Below, in pieces: positions 16,009 through 39,802 of a stretch of DNA of 64,000 nucleotides. The notes below the pieces were generated by a model. It was given only the letters and a program-made list of their open reading frames with translations. It did no database searches and was not told the origin of the DNA. Numbering within the stretch: position 1 is the first letter of the stretch; each line of letters begins with the position of its first letter. Source of the DNA: Flaccisagitta enflata. Its lineage: Eukaryota. Location of the stretch: positions 30,008,001-30,072,000 of the forward strand of contig OZ231126.1 in the NCBI GenBank assembly GCA_965153355.1, in the 5' to 3' direction. Made by a program: the position numbers and the translations under genes.

Positions 16009-16704
16009 ACTGAAACAGCCAGAGGCGAAGAGACATACACATGAGATAAAAGACAGAGATAGGCAGTTACTAACTGAAACAGAGAAACTGAGACAGAAAC
16101 AGTCAAACAAAGGCAAAAATACATTTACAGGAAATGAAAGACAGGGACGATAGACAGTTAATAACTGAAACAGCCAGAGGCGAAGAGACATAAACATGAG
16201 ATCAAAGACAGAGATTGACAGTTACAGGATCAGAATCAGAGTCAGATATAGTCAAACAAAGGCGAGGATATATTCACATGAAATGAATGACAGGGACGAT
16301 AGACAGTTAATAACTGAAACAGCCAGAGGCAAAGAGACATACACATGAGATAAAAGACAGAGATAGACAGTTACTAACTGAAACAGAGAAAGAGAGCCAG
16401 AAACAGTAAAACAAAGGCAAAGACATTCATTTGAAATGAGAGACTGAAACAGCCAGAAGCAAGACATATACACAGGAGATAAAAGACAGAGATTGACAGT
16501 TACTAACTGAAACAGACTCAGAGACAGATACAGTCAAACAAAGGCGAAGACATATTCACATGTAATGAAATACAGGGACGATAGACAGTTGATAACTGAA
16601 ACAGCCAGAGGCAAAGAGACATACACGAGATAAAAGACAGAGATATACAGTTACTAACTGAAACAGAGATAGAGAGCCAGAAACAGTCAAACAAAGGCAA
16701 AGAC

Positions 16705-22760
<6,056 letters not shown>

Positions 22761-23018
22761 ACTCAATCAAAGTGTATAGGCCGATGGTGTGCGCCAATTG
22801 AAAATCTATGCTCGCTATGTCAGTCTATGATCGTTATTCCATTTTTTTCACACTCAAATGTGATAACTGTAATAAACACGCCTGCTCACGTTAATGCTAA
22901 TGAGCGTTTCAAAGCTGCATGGCAGAAACTAATTAACCGGCTGTAAAAGCCAACTTTGATTTATACCCGCTTATCAAAGGCTTGAACTTCTTTTGAAATA
23001 ATTAATTTAATGAGGCTC

Positions 23019-23108
<90 letters not shown>

Positions 23109-23111
23109 ACA

Positions 23112-23242
<131 letters not shown>

Positions 23243-23884
23243 ACCTACACACATACACATGAATTGACGAACCCACGCCCTCATTCACTCTTCGTTCTAT
23301 AAGTGGAGCCAAGAGGGAGAGCTCAAGCCAAGAGGCGTTGCTTTCAGGCCTTCAGGGTTTCCTCGCTTCCTTTTAATGACGAAAAAAAGCCTAACGGCAT
23401 GGGCCAGTAATAAGCGCGAAATGGCGAAGCCCAAGGAGAAGAAGAAGACGAAGAAATAGAAGAGTGATAAGAAGGAGAAGAAGAAGAGTGAGATGAAGGA
23501 GAAGAAGGAGAGGAAGAAGAAAAAGAAAAAAAGAAGAGAAAGAAGAAAAAGAAGAGGAGGAAGAAGAAGAAGAAGAAGAAGAAGAAGAAGAAGAAGAAGA
23601 AGAAGAAGAAGAAGAAGAAGAAGAAGAAGAAGAAGAAGAAGAAGAAGAAGAAGAAGAAGAAGAAAAAGAAAGAAGAGAAGGAAGAAAAAGAAGAAGAAGA
23701 AAAAGAAAAAGAAAAAGAAAAAGAAAAAGAAAAAGAAAAAGAAAAAGAAAAAGAAAAAGAAAAAGAAGAAGAAGAAAAAGAGGAGGAGGAAAAAGAGATA
23801 GGAGAAGAAAATAGAGAAGAAAGGAAAAAAAAGAAAAAAATAGAAAAGAAACGAAAAGAAAAGAAAACAGGAAGAGAAGATGAA

Positions 23885-24031
23885 ACAAGGCCGGATACAC
23901 GGCCATACCAGTTGCGGACGGGTGGGCAGGGGCGTAAATGCGCGTTTTCACACTTTTCGACTCGTGCTCACCGACCGACCGACCGACGGACGGACGGACC
24001 AAGGCTTTTATAGAGTTGCGTGTCCGCAACT
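23885..24031 (-). mobile_element. HINE subfamily A2 (subTIR AGTTGCGGAC)
   Basis: Near-identical to 55975-56119. Confidence 0.75.
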
Positions 24032-24448
24032 AAAAATATGAAGAATCTCAACAATCGCAACGAAGAATCAAGGCCGGATACACGGCTACCCCAGTCGTGT
24101 AGAGGTAGGCAGGGGCCATTTTTTAGGTCACTAGATTATTCGGGCAGGAGCAGTGAGGTCAAGGGAAAAAAACATGAAAAAAGTAAAATGTGACTGACCG
24201 ACAGACAGACCAACCGACCAACGGTCAAAGCGGGGTGTAGAGTCGCGTAGAAATTGATCATGACGACGACGACGACGACGACGACGACTTTAATTACAAT
24301 TATCAATAACCTCCTGTGGTTGGGATGATTATATAGACTGATGGACTTGACGGTTCTTGATCCAATTCAAACGTCAATTGTCGTTTTCATCGAGTAGCGA
24401 GTAATAAAGTGACTTTGTGTGGCCGAAATATTGGGAAGAGGGGATCCT

Positions 24449-26432
24449 CATGTACCCCCTCCCAAATGTACCCCAAAATGAGATTCTGGCCCTAAAACCG
24501 GGGATTTTCTGCAATGTACCCTAGATGTACCCCATTACAATGTACTGGGGATTGTTTGCAATGTACCCCCCTTTGCCAAGATGTACCCTCATTATAAGTG
24601 GGGATTGATTTGAAATGTACCCTTTTTTGCCTAGATGTACCCCCTTACTTTTTAAGTGGGTTTTGATCTCAAATGTACCCCTAATAATTGAGATGTACCC
24701 CCTTCAATATCAGTGGGTTTACATCCCAAATGTACCCCTTACATTTGAAATGTACCCAAAGATTTTTTCCTTAGTTTTGGATTGCTCTCAGATGTACCCT
24801 CTTCATTATAAGTGGGTTTCGATCTCAAATGTAACCCTAATAATTGAGATGTACCCCCTTCAGTGCCAGGTGGGTTTAGATCTAAATATGTACTTACATT
24901 TGAAATGTACACAGATTTTTCCTTAGTTTTGGATTGGTCTCAGATATACCCTTTTCATTATGAGTGATTTTCGATCTCAAATGTATGTCTGATGGTGGAG
25001 ATGTACCCCCTTCAATATGAGTGGGTTTAGATCCCAAATGTGCCACTTACATTTGAAATATACCCCCAGATTTTTCCTTAGTTTTAGTGTTGCTCTCAGA
25101 TGTACCCTCTTCATTATAAGTGGGTTTCGATCTCAAATGTACCCACAGTGGTGAGATGCTTACCCCTTCAATATAGTGAGTTGAATCCCAAATGTACCCC
25201 TTACATTTGAAATGTACCCCAGATTTTTCATTAGTTATGGATTGGTCTCAGATGTACCCTCTTCGTATAAGTGAGTTTCGATCTCAAATGTACCCCTGAT
25301 AATTGAGATGTACCCCTTCAATATCAGTGGGTTTAGATCCCAAATGTACCCCTTACATTTGAAATGTGTGCCCCCAGATTTTTTTCCTTAGTCTTAGTTG
25401 CTCTCAGATGTACCCTCTTCATTATAAGTGGGTTTCATTCTCAAATGTACTATATTTGAGATGTACCCCCTTCATAATCAGTGGGTTTTGATCCCAAATG
25501 TACCCCTTACATTTGAAATGTACCCCCAGATTTTTTCCTTAGTTTTGGATTGCTCTCAGATGTACCCTCTTCATTATAAGTGGGTTTCGATCTCAAATGT
25601 ACCCCTGATAATTGAGATGTACCCCCTTCAATATCAGTGGGTTTAGATCCCAAATGTACCCCTTACATTTGAAATGTACCCCCAGATTTTTTCCTTAGTT
25701 TTGGATTGCTCTCAGATGTACCCTCTTCATTTAAAGTGGGTTTCGATCTCAAATGTACCCCTTATATTTGAAATGTACCCCCAGATTTTTTCCTTAGTTT
25801 TGGATTGCTCTCAGATGTACCCTCTTCATTATAAGTAGGTTTCGATCTCTCAAATGTACCCCAGTGTTTGAGGTCTTACCCCCTTCAATATCAGTGAGTT
25901 TAGATCCCAAATGTACCCCTTACACATCTGAAATGTACCCCAGATATTTTCCTTATCCTTAGTTTTGGATTGCCCTCAGATGTACCCTCTTCATTTTAAG
26001 TGGTTTTTGATCTCAAATGTACCCCTTATATTTGAAATATACCCGAATATTTTCCTTAGTTTTGGATTATCTCAGATGTACCTCTTCATTATAAGTGGGT
26101 TTCGATCTCAAATATTCTGATAATTGAGATGTGCCCATTGCAATATCAGTGGTTTAGAATCCCAAATGTACCCTTACATTTGAAATGTACCCCAGATTTT
26201 CCTTAGTTTTGGTTGCTCAGATGTACCCCCTTCATTATCAGTGGGTTTAGATCTCAAATGTACCCCTTACATTTGAAATGTACCCCTAATTTTTCACTTA
26301 GTTTTGGATTGATCTCAGATGTACCCCTCTTCTGTTATCAAGTGGGATTAGATCTCAAATGTATACAGTAATTGAGATGTACCCCCTTCAATATCAGTGG
26401 GTTTAGATCCCAAATGTACCCCTTACATTTGA
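24449..26432. repeat. ~155-bp satellite built from ATGTACCC subrepeats
   Basis: TGTACCCTCTTC near 24793, 25101, 25253, 25409, 25561, 25717 (152-156-bp period). Confidence 0.92.
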
Positions 26433-29066
<2,634 letters not shown>

Positions 29067-30852
29067 ACTTAAATACCAATAACGACCGAGAGTGAAGAGA
29101 GAAGGCACTTCAACCTCGACGTGGAAGATTAAGGTCAAAAAGTTGGGGAAAATGACAAGATTTTAGAAGGGAAGGAGGAGAGGAGGGGAGGAAGAAAAGA
29201 AGTAAGGAATGAATTCAGAAAGAACGAATGAACGGAAGAAGGATAGACAGTGAGAAGGAAATGAAGCAGGGTGGATGGAAGAGGGGAGAGAATGGGAGAA
29301 TGGAAGGGAGGATCGAAGGAAGGAAGGAAGGAAGGAAGGAAGGAAGGAAGGAAGGAAGGAAGGATGGAAGGAAGGAAGGAAGGAAGAGGTCGCCCAAGGG
29401 CAATATGTAATCAGCGAAACCCGTTGCCCTGCTTTGCATGATTGTAAATTTGTGTGAGGGGAAGTCCTGTAGAACACAGGGGGACTTTCGTTCGTCCTGC
29501 CTGACAACATTGATGAGATGCTATAGTGCACTGATTGAAGGTCTTCAAGAGTCTGAAGGCTTTCCCAAGGCTTAAATGGCCATCAGGTTTGATTTGAAGC
29601 CTGACAGCGCTACTTTGAGGCCTGTGAGCCTTAATTTGAGGCCTGAGAGGGCTATTTGTGGCCTGAGAGGGCTAGTCGGAGGTCTGAGAGGGCTAATTTG
29701 AGGCCTGAGAGGCCTGGTTTAAGGCCTTACAGGCCGGATTTGAGACCGGAGGAACCAGATTTGAGGCCTGAGGGGCCGGATTTGAGGCCTGAGGGGCCAG
29801 ATTTGAGGCCTGAGAGGCCGGATTTAAGGCCTGAGAGGCCGGATTTGAGCCCTGAGAGGCCAGATTTGAGACCTGAGAGGCCTGATAGGGGGGGGACAAA
29901 CGGACGAACGGACAAACGAACGAACGAAAGTGTTCTACAGTACTTCGTCCCCTTTGGGGCCGCTGCCCAAAAAGCAATGCAGGAAGGAAGGAAAGAAGGA
30001 GGGAAAGCAGGAGCGAAGGAAGGAAGGAAGGAAGGAAGGAAGGAAGGAAGGAAGGAAGGAAGGAAGGAAGGAAGGGAGGAAGGAAGGAAGGAAGGAGAGA
30101 AGGAAGATGAAGGGAGGAAGGCGGGCGGAAGGAAGGAAGGAGGAAAGGCCTTTGTATTCGATAAATCAAGTTTTCTCTAGGACGCTGCGCCAAGAATCCC
30201 ACCTGCATCGGATAAGAAAGGAATTTCGCTTTGCATTTGTTCTTTGCATTTGCATTCTCTGCGAAACTCGGTATCACTCGTCGACTTCGTGGTTCCTTGA
30301 ATTCAAAATCCCCAGAGATGCAAAAAGAGGAAAAACGAATGAAAAATCGATTAAGCTTCAGTTGCGGTTTTTAGTCGCGTGAAAGCGACTTCAAAACCCG
30401 CTACGTCGCGTCGGTCCGACATTTGCATCGAATTCACAGACGCGTAAATATTTGCGTGTTCCATTCGGGTGTGTCAATATGCAAAACATAAATCCATGAG
30501 AATATAACGCAAGGACATCATGGGGTTATTCATTTTAATGCTTTCACTGTTTTTCTTTTTTCAAATTTCTGTCATCTTCCGTTTTTTTCAAAATCGCGGT
30601 TTTGCCCCTAATTTGCATAACGTTGTAATCATGTTAACGACTTTTTATCCTTCGCCTTGTCACAGTGGGCTTTCCGATTACTTTCAAATGCTGTGATCCG
30701 AAAAGTGTCTGGGTCATTCATATCAAATTTGATTAAACAGTAAGACGGTATTTTTTAGTTAATCAATTTGTTTCTTGGCACTGACGACCAATCCAGGGTG
30801 AGAATGACATAACAGTGTTTTTTTTTTTCAGTTTTGCTAAGCTCATATGTCT

Positions 30853-31308
30853 ACAATATAAGAACCATCGAGAGGGAAATCTTTCCTGGAGCGCTTTTTG
30901 AAAAAAAATCGATTTTTCACCTACAGGAAAGGTGGTGGTAATAAAGGTTCTTGTGAGTTGTATTGACTCAATTTTAGATTCCATATTGTTAATCTATGCA
31001 AAATTCCCTTTCATTTGATAGATCGCACTCTATACTTTTGCAAAGAATCTAACTTTTCATTTTTTGAGTCACTGTTACAAAAAAATATTGGTGGCTCAAA
31101 TTATGAAAACTTTATTTCTGTATAAAACCATATTGTGTAACTTATCAAATGAAAGGAAATTTTGCATAGAATAACAATATGGAACCAAAAAATGAGTCAA
31201 TACAACTCACAAGAATCAGTATTACCACCACCTTTCCTGTAGGTGAAAAATCGATTTTTTTTCAAAAAGCCCTCCAGGAAAGATTTCCCTCTCGATGGTT
31301 CTTGTATT
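30853..31308. mobile_element. Palindromic MITE with ~170-bp TIRs
   Basis: 30853-31020 is the near reverse complement of 31143-31308; mirror ORFs 30763..30984(-) and 31179..31391(+) confirm this. Confidence 0.8.
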
Positions 31309-31906
31309 ATTTAGAAAAAAGTCGAAGAGACGAAGTCCCTTCGGTCTTTTTGAGTCCTACAGAGTTTTTTGGATTTCCCTTTTTCTCATGAAGCGTTTGA
31401 GAAAGTTGATAAGCTTTTGGGGCCAAATGAGACTACGCATGAAATTAACAGCTAAGAAAGAACTAAATCTCCTCTTTCAGATGACGCCAAGCAAAATTCT
31501 GTGCGATCGATAATTTTGGAGCTATGATTTTTTAAATCTTTATTTATTTCTTCAAATTTTTTGCATTTTTCCCAAAAACGAGGAATCAAGTTAGTTGAAG
31601 TCTATTTGAACTTTGAGATCTCCCAGGTGATGATTGTGCATCCTGGCAGCACAGTCTCTCTCTCATTTCAACTCCGAACTCTATGAGAGGCATTTCCATC
31701 AGTTCATCCATCGTTCTGTTGGTCCGTCTGTCTGTCTGAGTGAAAAAGTGGAAAAACAAGCGGTCTAGATGCTTGTGTGTAGGGTTGGGGTGTTGATGGG
31801 GGTTGGATGCCTCTGTCCACCTGTCCGCAACGATATTGTAACCCCGTGTTACCTGTTTTTCTCTGTTTCTCTCTCTGTCTCTCTCTCCCCCTCCTCCTCT
31901 GTCTCT

Positions 31907-31977
<71 letters not shown>

Positions 31978-33198
31978 TTTTTCTCTCTCACACTGTTTCC
32001 CTCTCTCATTTTCTCGAGCAGCATTTACGACTTTTTTCCTACGGCGATTAGCCGCCCTTATTGGTACACATATGAGCTTGGCAAAACTGCGAAAAAAACC
32101 CACTGTAATGTCATTCTCATCCTGGATTGGTCGTCAGACAGTAGTGGTGTAGACATCGCATTAGATTTCGATCGCGAAAAAAAAAACGGTTGCCGATGGA
32201 ATTTGGAAAAAGGAAAACGGCGATCGTTCTAAAATCAACAGCCCCATCTTGTGTCAGCGTTATGGTCTCAAACTCAGTCATCAGTCGTATTTGACACACC
32301 TGAAGTGTTCCATATTCATTCACTTATTCTTTCAAGCGCGCATAATGGCCTTCTTTGCATCTTCACCCATTGTACTGCTATATTGAAAGTTGAATGCAAA
32401 TTTTCATTAGTCTCACTTACTTGTGTACAAAAATGTGCAAAGAAATTTGCGTCTTAAAATTTCCTCTAGCTCTCATCACATTTCCATTTGTTTAGGTCGT
32501 TTTAGCCTCCAAATTGGCAATTGAAATATCTCACTGGTTGCGAACAAATTGGCGGCACCAACGTCGTACTCATAGTTACACATAACGTAATTACAAAGGC
32601 TTCATTGGCATACATGCAATAGGTTTGGGTACTTCACCCAACATAAGTTGGGAGTATCCCTTTGCACTTGCATTATGTAGAAGAACACAAATCATAAAGA
32701 TGTCATGTAAAGAGAATTGGCGCACATTTCTTTCATGACTTAATCGTTCTAACGACTCAATCCTTAATTCATTACAAGGCTCCACGTCTGCAGCATCGGC
32801 CTCTGGAACGAAACCCGAATCTGCAGATTGGGGATTTAAAAAAACTGCCCTGCGTGAGTTATGTACAGATTAAACCGCCTCGAGACTCTCAAAATAAGCG
32901 TATGAAAAAACCGAACTGAATTCTCCGCCGTATATCGACAGAGTCGAATGGAAGAAGGTAAAAAGAAACTGAACTGGAACCACTGTAATAATTCAAAGAT
33001 AATACGTATGTACTTGTACATGTACCAAGCTAGTCTACATTAACTCGAGGAAAAGGAATTGTATCTCAAAGATGGTGCCAACGATTGAAATGAATGCCTC
33101 ATAACAAAAGAACTAAAGGATGAAATGGCCACGCCCCAGGCGGCGTGTTTAAGCTATGCTACAAAGCAGTGGCGAAGAACCCAAAGAGTAAGTGTTGC

Positions 33199-33304
<106 letters not shown>

Positions 33305-33972
33305 CTGAACCGTGCATTGTGCAACTGCATTGTGCAACTGCACAGAGTATTGTTGAGGCGATCATGGAGTTGAGATATTGAAATTGAAAGCTGAGAAATG
33401 TCTGATAGATGAATTGTAGTTTATACGAAGCTAGCAAGAAAATACATAAACTCACCCCGCCGCCCCCCCCCCCATCACAGATATTGCAAATGTCATTCGA
33501 GTTGTACTCGCATTTGGGCTGGCCGAAACGTCTCCAGGGTCAAATGTTACCGGAAGTTAGGCGCCAGTCGCGAATCCGCAGCCGACGATGCTGATCCGGA
33601 TCAACATATATCATTGAAACGCTAGAGCGTAGGGCCCCGAAACTAGAAAAAAAAAGAGAAAATGAAAAATATGTTTTTGCGGTCATTGGCCTCACTGCCT
33701 AAATGCTCTAGTGACCTCAAAAACTGCCCCTGACCATCCGCACGCGACTGGGGTAGCTGTGTATCTGACCTTTCTATCCAAGAAACTGTTTCAATCAGTG
33801 AAGAGCAGATTCTACGACGTTTGCAAAAATTGTATACATAAGTCATAACACGTCTCAAAAATATAGGCAGGGGAAGGTAAAGAAGAAAGGGGCCCTCCGT
33901 GCCACAGGCCAAGCACAGGGGCCCGCGCCATGTTGACCCGGTTCAGCCACAATGGTGTTGCTGCTCTTGCAG

Positions 33973-35091
33973 CCGACGCTCTCTTGCTGCCGCTGGTGTC
34001 GATATAAAAACTTGCGCCGCTGCTCTATACTCAAACGCCGAAAGCGAGGAAGGAGTGACTTTGAGTACTACGTTGTGGGTTGTCATCGCGATCTGCATCA
34101 TAGTGGTCATCGCCGGCGTTCTCGGACGCGTTACTTTCGTTCTTCGGGTACAGTAAATGTCATCATGACTTGGAAATTTGGTAAGCTCATATTTGAAAAA
34201 TTGGTTATGGAAATATTGTGTACGCACCAGGTTTGCTTCCTGTAGTATGAAGGGTTGACAATGGGGTGAAGTACATATTTGGATCAAAGTCACCTTCAAA
34301 TTAGGTAAAACAATCTTCCTCCTTAGTACCATGTTTATGTTTGATTCACTTTTCAAATAGATCAACAAGGACCGACGGATGGACCGACGGACGGACCAAC
34401 GGACCAACGCATGGACGGACTACCGGACGGACCAATGGATGGACTGGCGTAAGGACAAAGCCTCTTATAGAGTTGCGTGTCCGCAATTGAAAAAACTACA
34501 AACCCTAGGACTTAACATTAAATATGACTTCACATTAAATATTCAAATAAGTCTAGAGGGATGCCATCGTCAACCCTTCAGCGCTTTTAGCATCACACAG
34601 GTAAAATATCATACATTGATCCCCTCGCTCATCAGTATTCCCAAGTTTTCAAGTCTTGACGACATCAACAATTTGTTTGAAATTGGATGGTGGTGACAGG
34701 GGAAAGGGGGGGGCACAGAATGACTTGTATCATCAACGTCGACCTAACCCATCCTTACGCGCCTAAGCCTACCTTGATAGTCGATATTGCTCTTTCGTCT
34801 TTTCCTCAGCGCAGACGCCGCCATCGTCAAGCGCTCGCCGCCGCCAATGCAGATGCCGCCAAAGCCGCCGCGAGAAAGGCGGAGAGAGAACAAACAAAAG
34901 AAGGAGAAAAGGACAACGTAAACCACAACGAAATCTCTTTTTCAACCTCCAAATCGGAAGACTCCAGTCAGGAGAGTGGGACTGGATCTGGAACGAGTAC
35001 GAGCGAAGACGTTACATTCTCGGAAACTACGAACACAAATTCAGACTCGTATTCAAACGACTCGGGGATGCAGAGCGTAGAAGTAACGTGA
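33973..35091 (+). CDS. Putative single-pass membrane protein, last two exons (33973-34147, 34810-35091); possible upstream exons 33156-33187 and 33481-33555
   Basis: Hydrophobic LWVVIAICIIVVIAGVLG segment splices in frame (CGG|gtacag ... cctcag|CGC) to a basic stop-transfer run RRRRRHR and an S/T/E-rich tail. No family recognised. Confidence 0.55.
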
Positions 35092-35935
35092 AGTATTGGA
35101 TGGAAACAATGTTGGTCAATTGTTTAGAACCGTGTCAAATAGAATAGGAACAAACAATTTCAACAAAACGTGATCCATAACTAACGTATATGACGGCGAG
35201 CATCCGACGGCAAGATTTAGTGTGTCAACAGGGGTTAAAATAGAAAATTTTATGAGAATAAAAATAAAGAATAACATGAAAAAAATCATTGGAGTATATC
35301 TAAATGGATATTCTATTATAAAATTTGCATTCAAAAAGGAGAAAACAGCAAGTAGAGCTATCAATAACTAAATGTATTCACTAGAAAATATTCAAATTTC
35401 ATTTTTTGTTCACTGATAGGAGGCTTGTTAAAATTATAACTTTGCATAGAAAACAAAAAAACACAAGAATGAAGAACATAGCCCCCTTCCAAAATTGATT
35501 ATAGAGGGGGCTATGTTTTTGAAAATGAAAAATTTCTTTGCATTTGAGAGTCTTATAATTTTAACAGCAGTAAAAAGATAAAAAAATGTAAGCAAAATTT
35601 CACTAAGAACCTTTATTTTCTTTGCTTTTCTTATGTGAATTGCCAATTTCAAGGTTCTTTTGAGGTCAGCATATAACAAAGACATACACACAGATTATTT
35701 CTGGAGATAATTTGTTTTTTAAAAGTATTTTTAGCATCACTATTATTCAACTATAGTTTAAACAAGGCCGGATACACGGCTACCCTAGTCGCGTGCGGGT
35801 GGGCAGGAGCAGTGCTGGAGAAGGTCACTAAGGCGTCTGGGCAGGAGCCGTATGCTCAAAAAGCTCAAAAACGCCAAAAAAGTAAAAAGGGGACCGACCA
35901 ACCGACCAACCGACCGACTGACCGCCGGACCAACA

Positions 35936-36451
35936 TACACTCATATGTTTGACTAAGAACCTTGTTTATAAGAACATTGAGGCTCAGATGAGGAAAAAAA
36001 TAAGAACAATCGTAAGAACATCGTCAGCCTCAAATGTGGGGGAATCTAAGAACATCTGAACCTCATTCGTCGCCGTTATGAACAAACCCCTTCTATGATA
36101 GGTGGATGAATATCCCTCACTATACTCAAACTGAAATAGATGGAAAAGGGCCTGGTGAACCCTTACTGAAAAGTTAATACGCGCACCACTACTAGTTGTC
36201 TATAAAACACAATCTGAAAAACATCCCATCTAATCTAGGCCAAAAGCAAGCTGCTTACCAAAAGTAATCATGGGCTATGCTTGATTAACCATACTTCAAC
36301 AAATCACCCGAGGGTATGACATTTTTGCTCTGGCTGGCGATTTGAAAAATAAGAACACCGTAAGAACAATTTGAGCCTCAAATTGACTTAAAAATAAGAA
36401 CAATGAGCCTCAGAAAAAAATTATATGTTCTTATAAAAACAAATGAGTGTA
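35936..36451. mobile_element. TA-flanked MITE nested in a family A HINE
   Basis: TIR TACACTCATWTGTTT; host element resumes with GCGGGGTGTAGAGTCGCGT; many subterminal TAAGAACA motifs. Confidence 0.8.
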
Positions 36452-36841
36452 GCGGGGTGTAGAGTCGCGTAGCACCCGACTAAAAATAGGGTGAAACACT
36501 ATGTGTTGCCATCAATTGCTTTCCGTCATATGTGTATTTAGGAAATCCAAATCGTGCAAAAAAATTCCACTTGACGTACATATAGATGTATCATACAATA
36601 GTGTAGATTTAAGTCATTTAACGGAACCATGCGTAATGAAAATTGGCTTATATTATAACAGATAAAAAATCTCAGTCCCTCTAGCTTATCCTTTTATTAC
36701 TAATGATAGCAATAATGGTATCTGCAAGTAACACATAGAATTTGGTGGTCCCTCTAGATCCGTTATCATCGGTTTCAACCAGGGCCGTATGGCAAGGGGC
36801 CGCCAGGGCCGCCATGGCAGCACCTTGTCGGGACACACACC

Positions 36842-36916
<75 letters not shown>

Positions 36917-37658
36917 GCGGAAGAGGAGAGAGAAAGAGACAGAGAGAGAGAGCACAGTAAACCGTGACGAAAAATGAATATGCTTTGGCATACTCTTGTC
37001 ATACCAATTGAATATGCTCATTTCATCAGTCACCTCATCTCGGGGCTAGATGCAGAAAAAATTTCTCAAATATCTTAATTTAAACTAATTTTATTCAATT
37101 TTCCTATACATTACCTCCTCCCAATTTAACATAGAAAGTAATGGGAATCGTTTTTTTAGCATTAAAGTTACAGGCTCTTCTAGGCTCCACGGAAAAGCTT
37201 ATTCTCAACACTTTAAACAAGTTAAGTTTGGCATGCCCCATCATACTTTAATGCGCGCATTTGCGCTTTTGAGTTTGAAAGAAGATAGAAGCAATTACTG
37301 TTCTACTCAATTATGCAAATTAGCCCTTGGAGAAAACACTTCTTTCATGATATTGGGCCATTAGAATGTGTCTCTGACTGGTGAACATCCATGTTGGGAT
37401 AAATAAAACCTAATAATACAAAAACGATAATACTTTTGATCGTTTTGTTGAAAAAAGATGACAAGGTGACTAGATGAAAGACATAGATGAAAGACCATAT
37501 TGGCTTTCCCCTCATTTTAGTGATTTTCATCTAATCTCTTTTTATCTAATCCCTTTAGTTGATTACTCTGTTGCCCATTGGTCTGTCCATCTGCAGGTTC
37601 ATCATTCCCTTCATCAGTCCATTGTTCTGTCCCCCTGTTTGTATGTTTGTCTGTCCAT

Positions 37659-38166
37659 CAGGGGTGTATAAAGTTGAGTATTCCCCCCCCCCCCGTGGGG
37701 GGAGGAATAAAATCAAATGGTTTGGAGATGGGGAAGAAAATCAAAAGTTTGAAAAAAAGAAAAAAGAAAATTTTTGAAGATCTAACACTTTTGGTAGTAT
37801 CAAAAGGTAAAATACAATTACTACAACTTAATTTAACACTATTTTAACCTAAAATATACTGTTTTATAGCTTTTAGGGGAAGAAAAACAAAGATTTTGTA
37901 ACACGACGCGACGCGTCGCGGGGAAGAAAATCAAAGGCGGGGGAATAAAATCAAAAGCCGCTCAACTATATACATCCCTGTCAAAAGGTAAAATACAATT
38001 ACTACAACTTAATTTAACACTATTTTAACCTAAAATATACTGTTTTATAGCTTTTAGGGGAAGAAAAACAAAGATTTTGTAACACGACGCGACGCGTCGC
38101 GGGGAAGAAAATCAAAGGCGGGGGGGGGGAATAAAATCAAAAGCCGCTCAACTATATACACCCCTG
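37659..38166. mobile_element. hAT-type MITE (family D) with duplicated right end
   Basis: TIR CAGGGGTGTATA..TTGAG / CTCAA..TATACACCCCTG; 8-bp TSD CTGTCCAT; 37800-37980 repeated at 37981-38166; partial copies at ~6473-6750 and ~58430-58662. Confidence 0.88.
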
Positions 38167-38560
38167 CTGTCCATACATCTGTCTGTTTGTCTGTCCATCA
38201 ATCTGTTAATTATTCTGTCCATTTGTCCTCCAACACACTTTTTTGTACTATACAGAGTTTTGATAAAAATCATTAGAATTTCTACATGCAGATCTGTTTG
38301 CATCGTGTGGGAATGTTAAAAAGCTAATGTTGGACATTTTAAGGAATTTCAAAATGAATTGAACTAAAAAGGTAGGCAGAATGAATCACATCTAAAATGA
38401 AAAAGGGAATGAAGAATTAAGATTTTGAAGTGGAAAAAAAAGAAGATTCTGAAAAAATATCTATTGCTTTGAATGGGAAAATTCAAGAAAGTGGTAAAAT
38501 AAGAAATCGAAATTTGGAGGTGGGAGGGATGGGGGCAAGTATCTCAGTTGCCCTATGCAA

Positions 38561-39082
<522 letters not shown>

Positions 39083-39314
39083 AAGCGGAAGAGGAGAGGG
39101 AGAGAAAGAGGGATTGTTTTGAACTCGATACAAAGGGGATTAGTAGAATTGACTGCCACCACGGCGCTGTGCCATTTACAAATACGGGCTCTCATAGTTT
39201 AGGTGGCATTACTCAAACTGATCAATCTGTGTGTTTCTACATTTCTGAACCTTTTTTTGTTGTACCTATTTACTTCATCATGAGAGATTGGTATCATCTG
39301 AATCTTTTCTTCTA

Positions 39315-39536
39315 ATGATGTCTGCTGGACAACGTCGTAAAGCACAATGTTCTAACTGTGATGACATTTTTGATAATGCTTACGCTTCCCGTCATATGAC
39401 AAAACATCACCCTACATTGGCAAAACCACCCATCACATTAATAATAGAGAGCTCACAACCAAGTGTGTCATTTTTAAAAAAATCGTCTACTGTTCTTACA
39501 TTCAAATCAAGGCTTTCTTTTACTGATATGCACTGA
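39315..39536 (+). pseudogene. Zinc-finger ORF remnant, probably a hAT transposase N-terminus
   Basis: CSNC-x11-HMTKHHP (C2H2/BED-like spacing) lying inside the 8-bp-TSD element; no catalytic domain follows. Confidence 0.5.
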
Positions 39537-39690
39537 AAATACTGTTCTCTATACATATAGAGACAAAAGATCACTAGTAAGTTAGTTGGGACACTGAGAA
39601 AGTGTCGTGACACAAATTCGGGGTGGACCCCCCAAATTCATAGCCTCCCATACGGCGCTGGTTTCAACTGTATGCGAACCGCGCGCGCAC

Positions 39691-39802
<112 letters not shown>

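Noticed and set aside
30203-30295. Possible 93-nt minus-strand exon (TTKSTSDTEFRRECKCKEQMQSEIPFLSDA)
   Set aside because: Plausible splice sites but no partner exons or recognisable homology.
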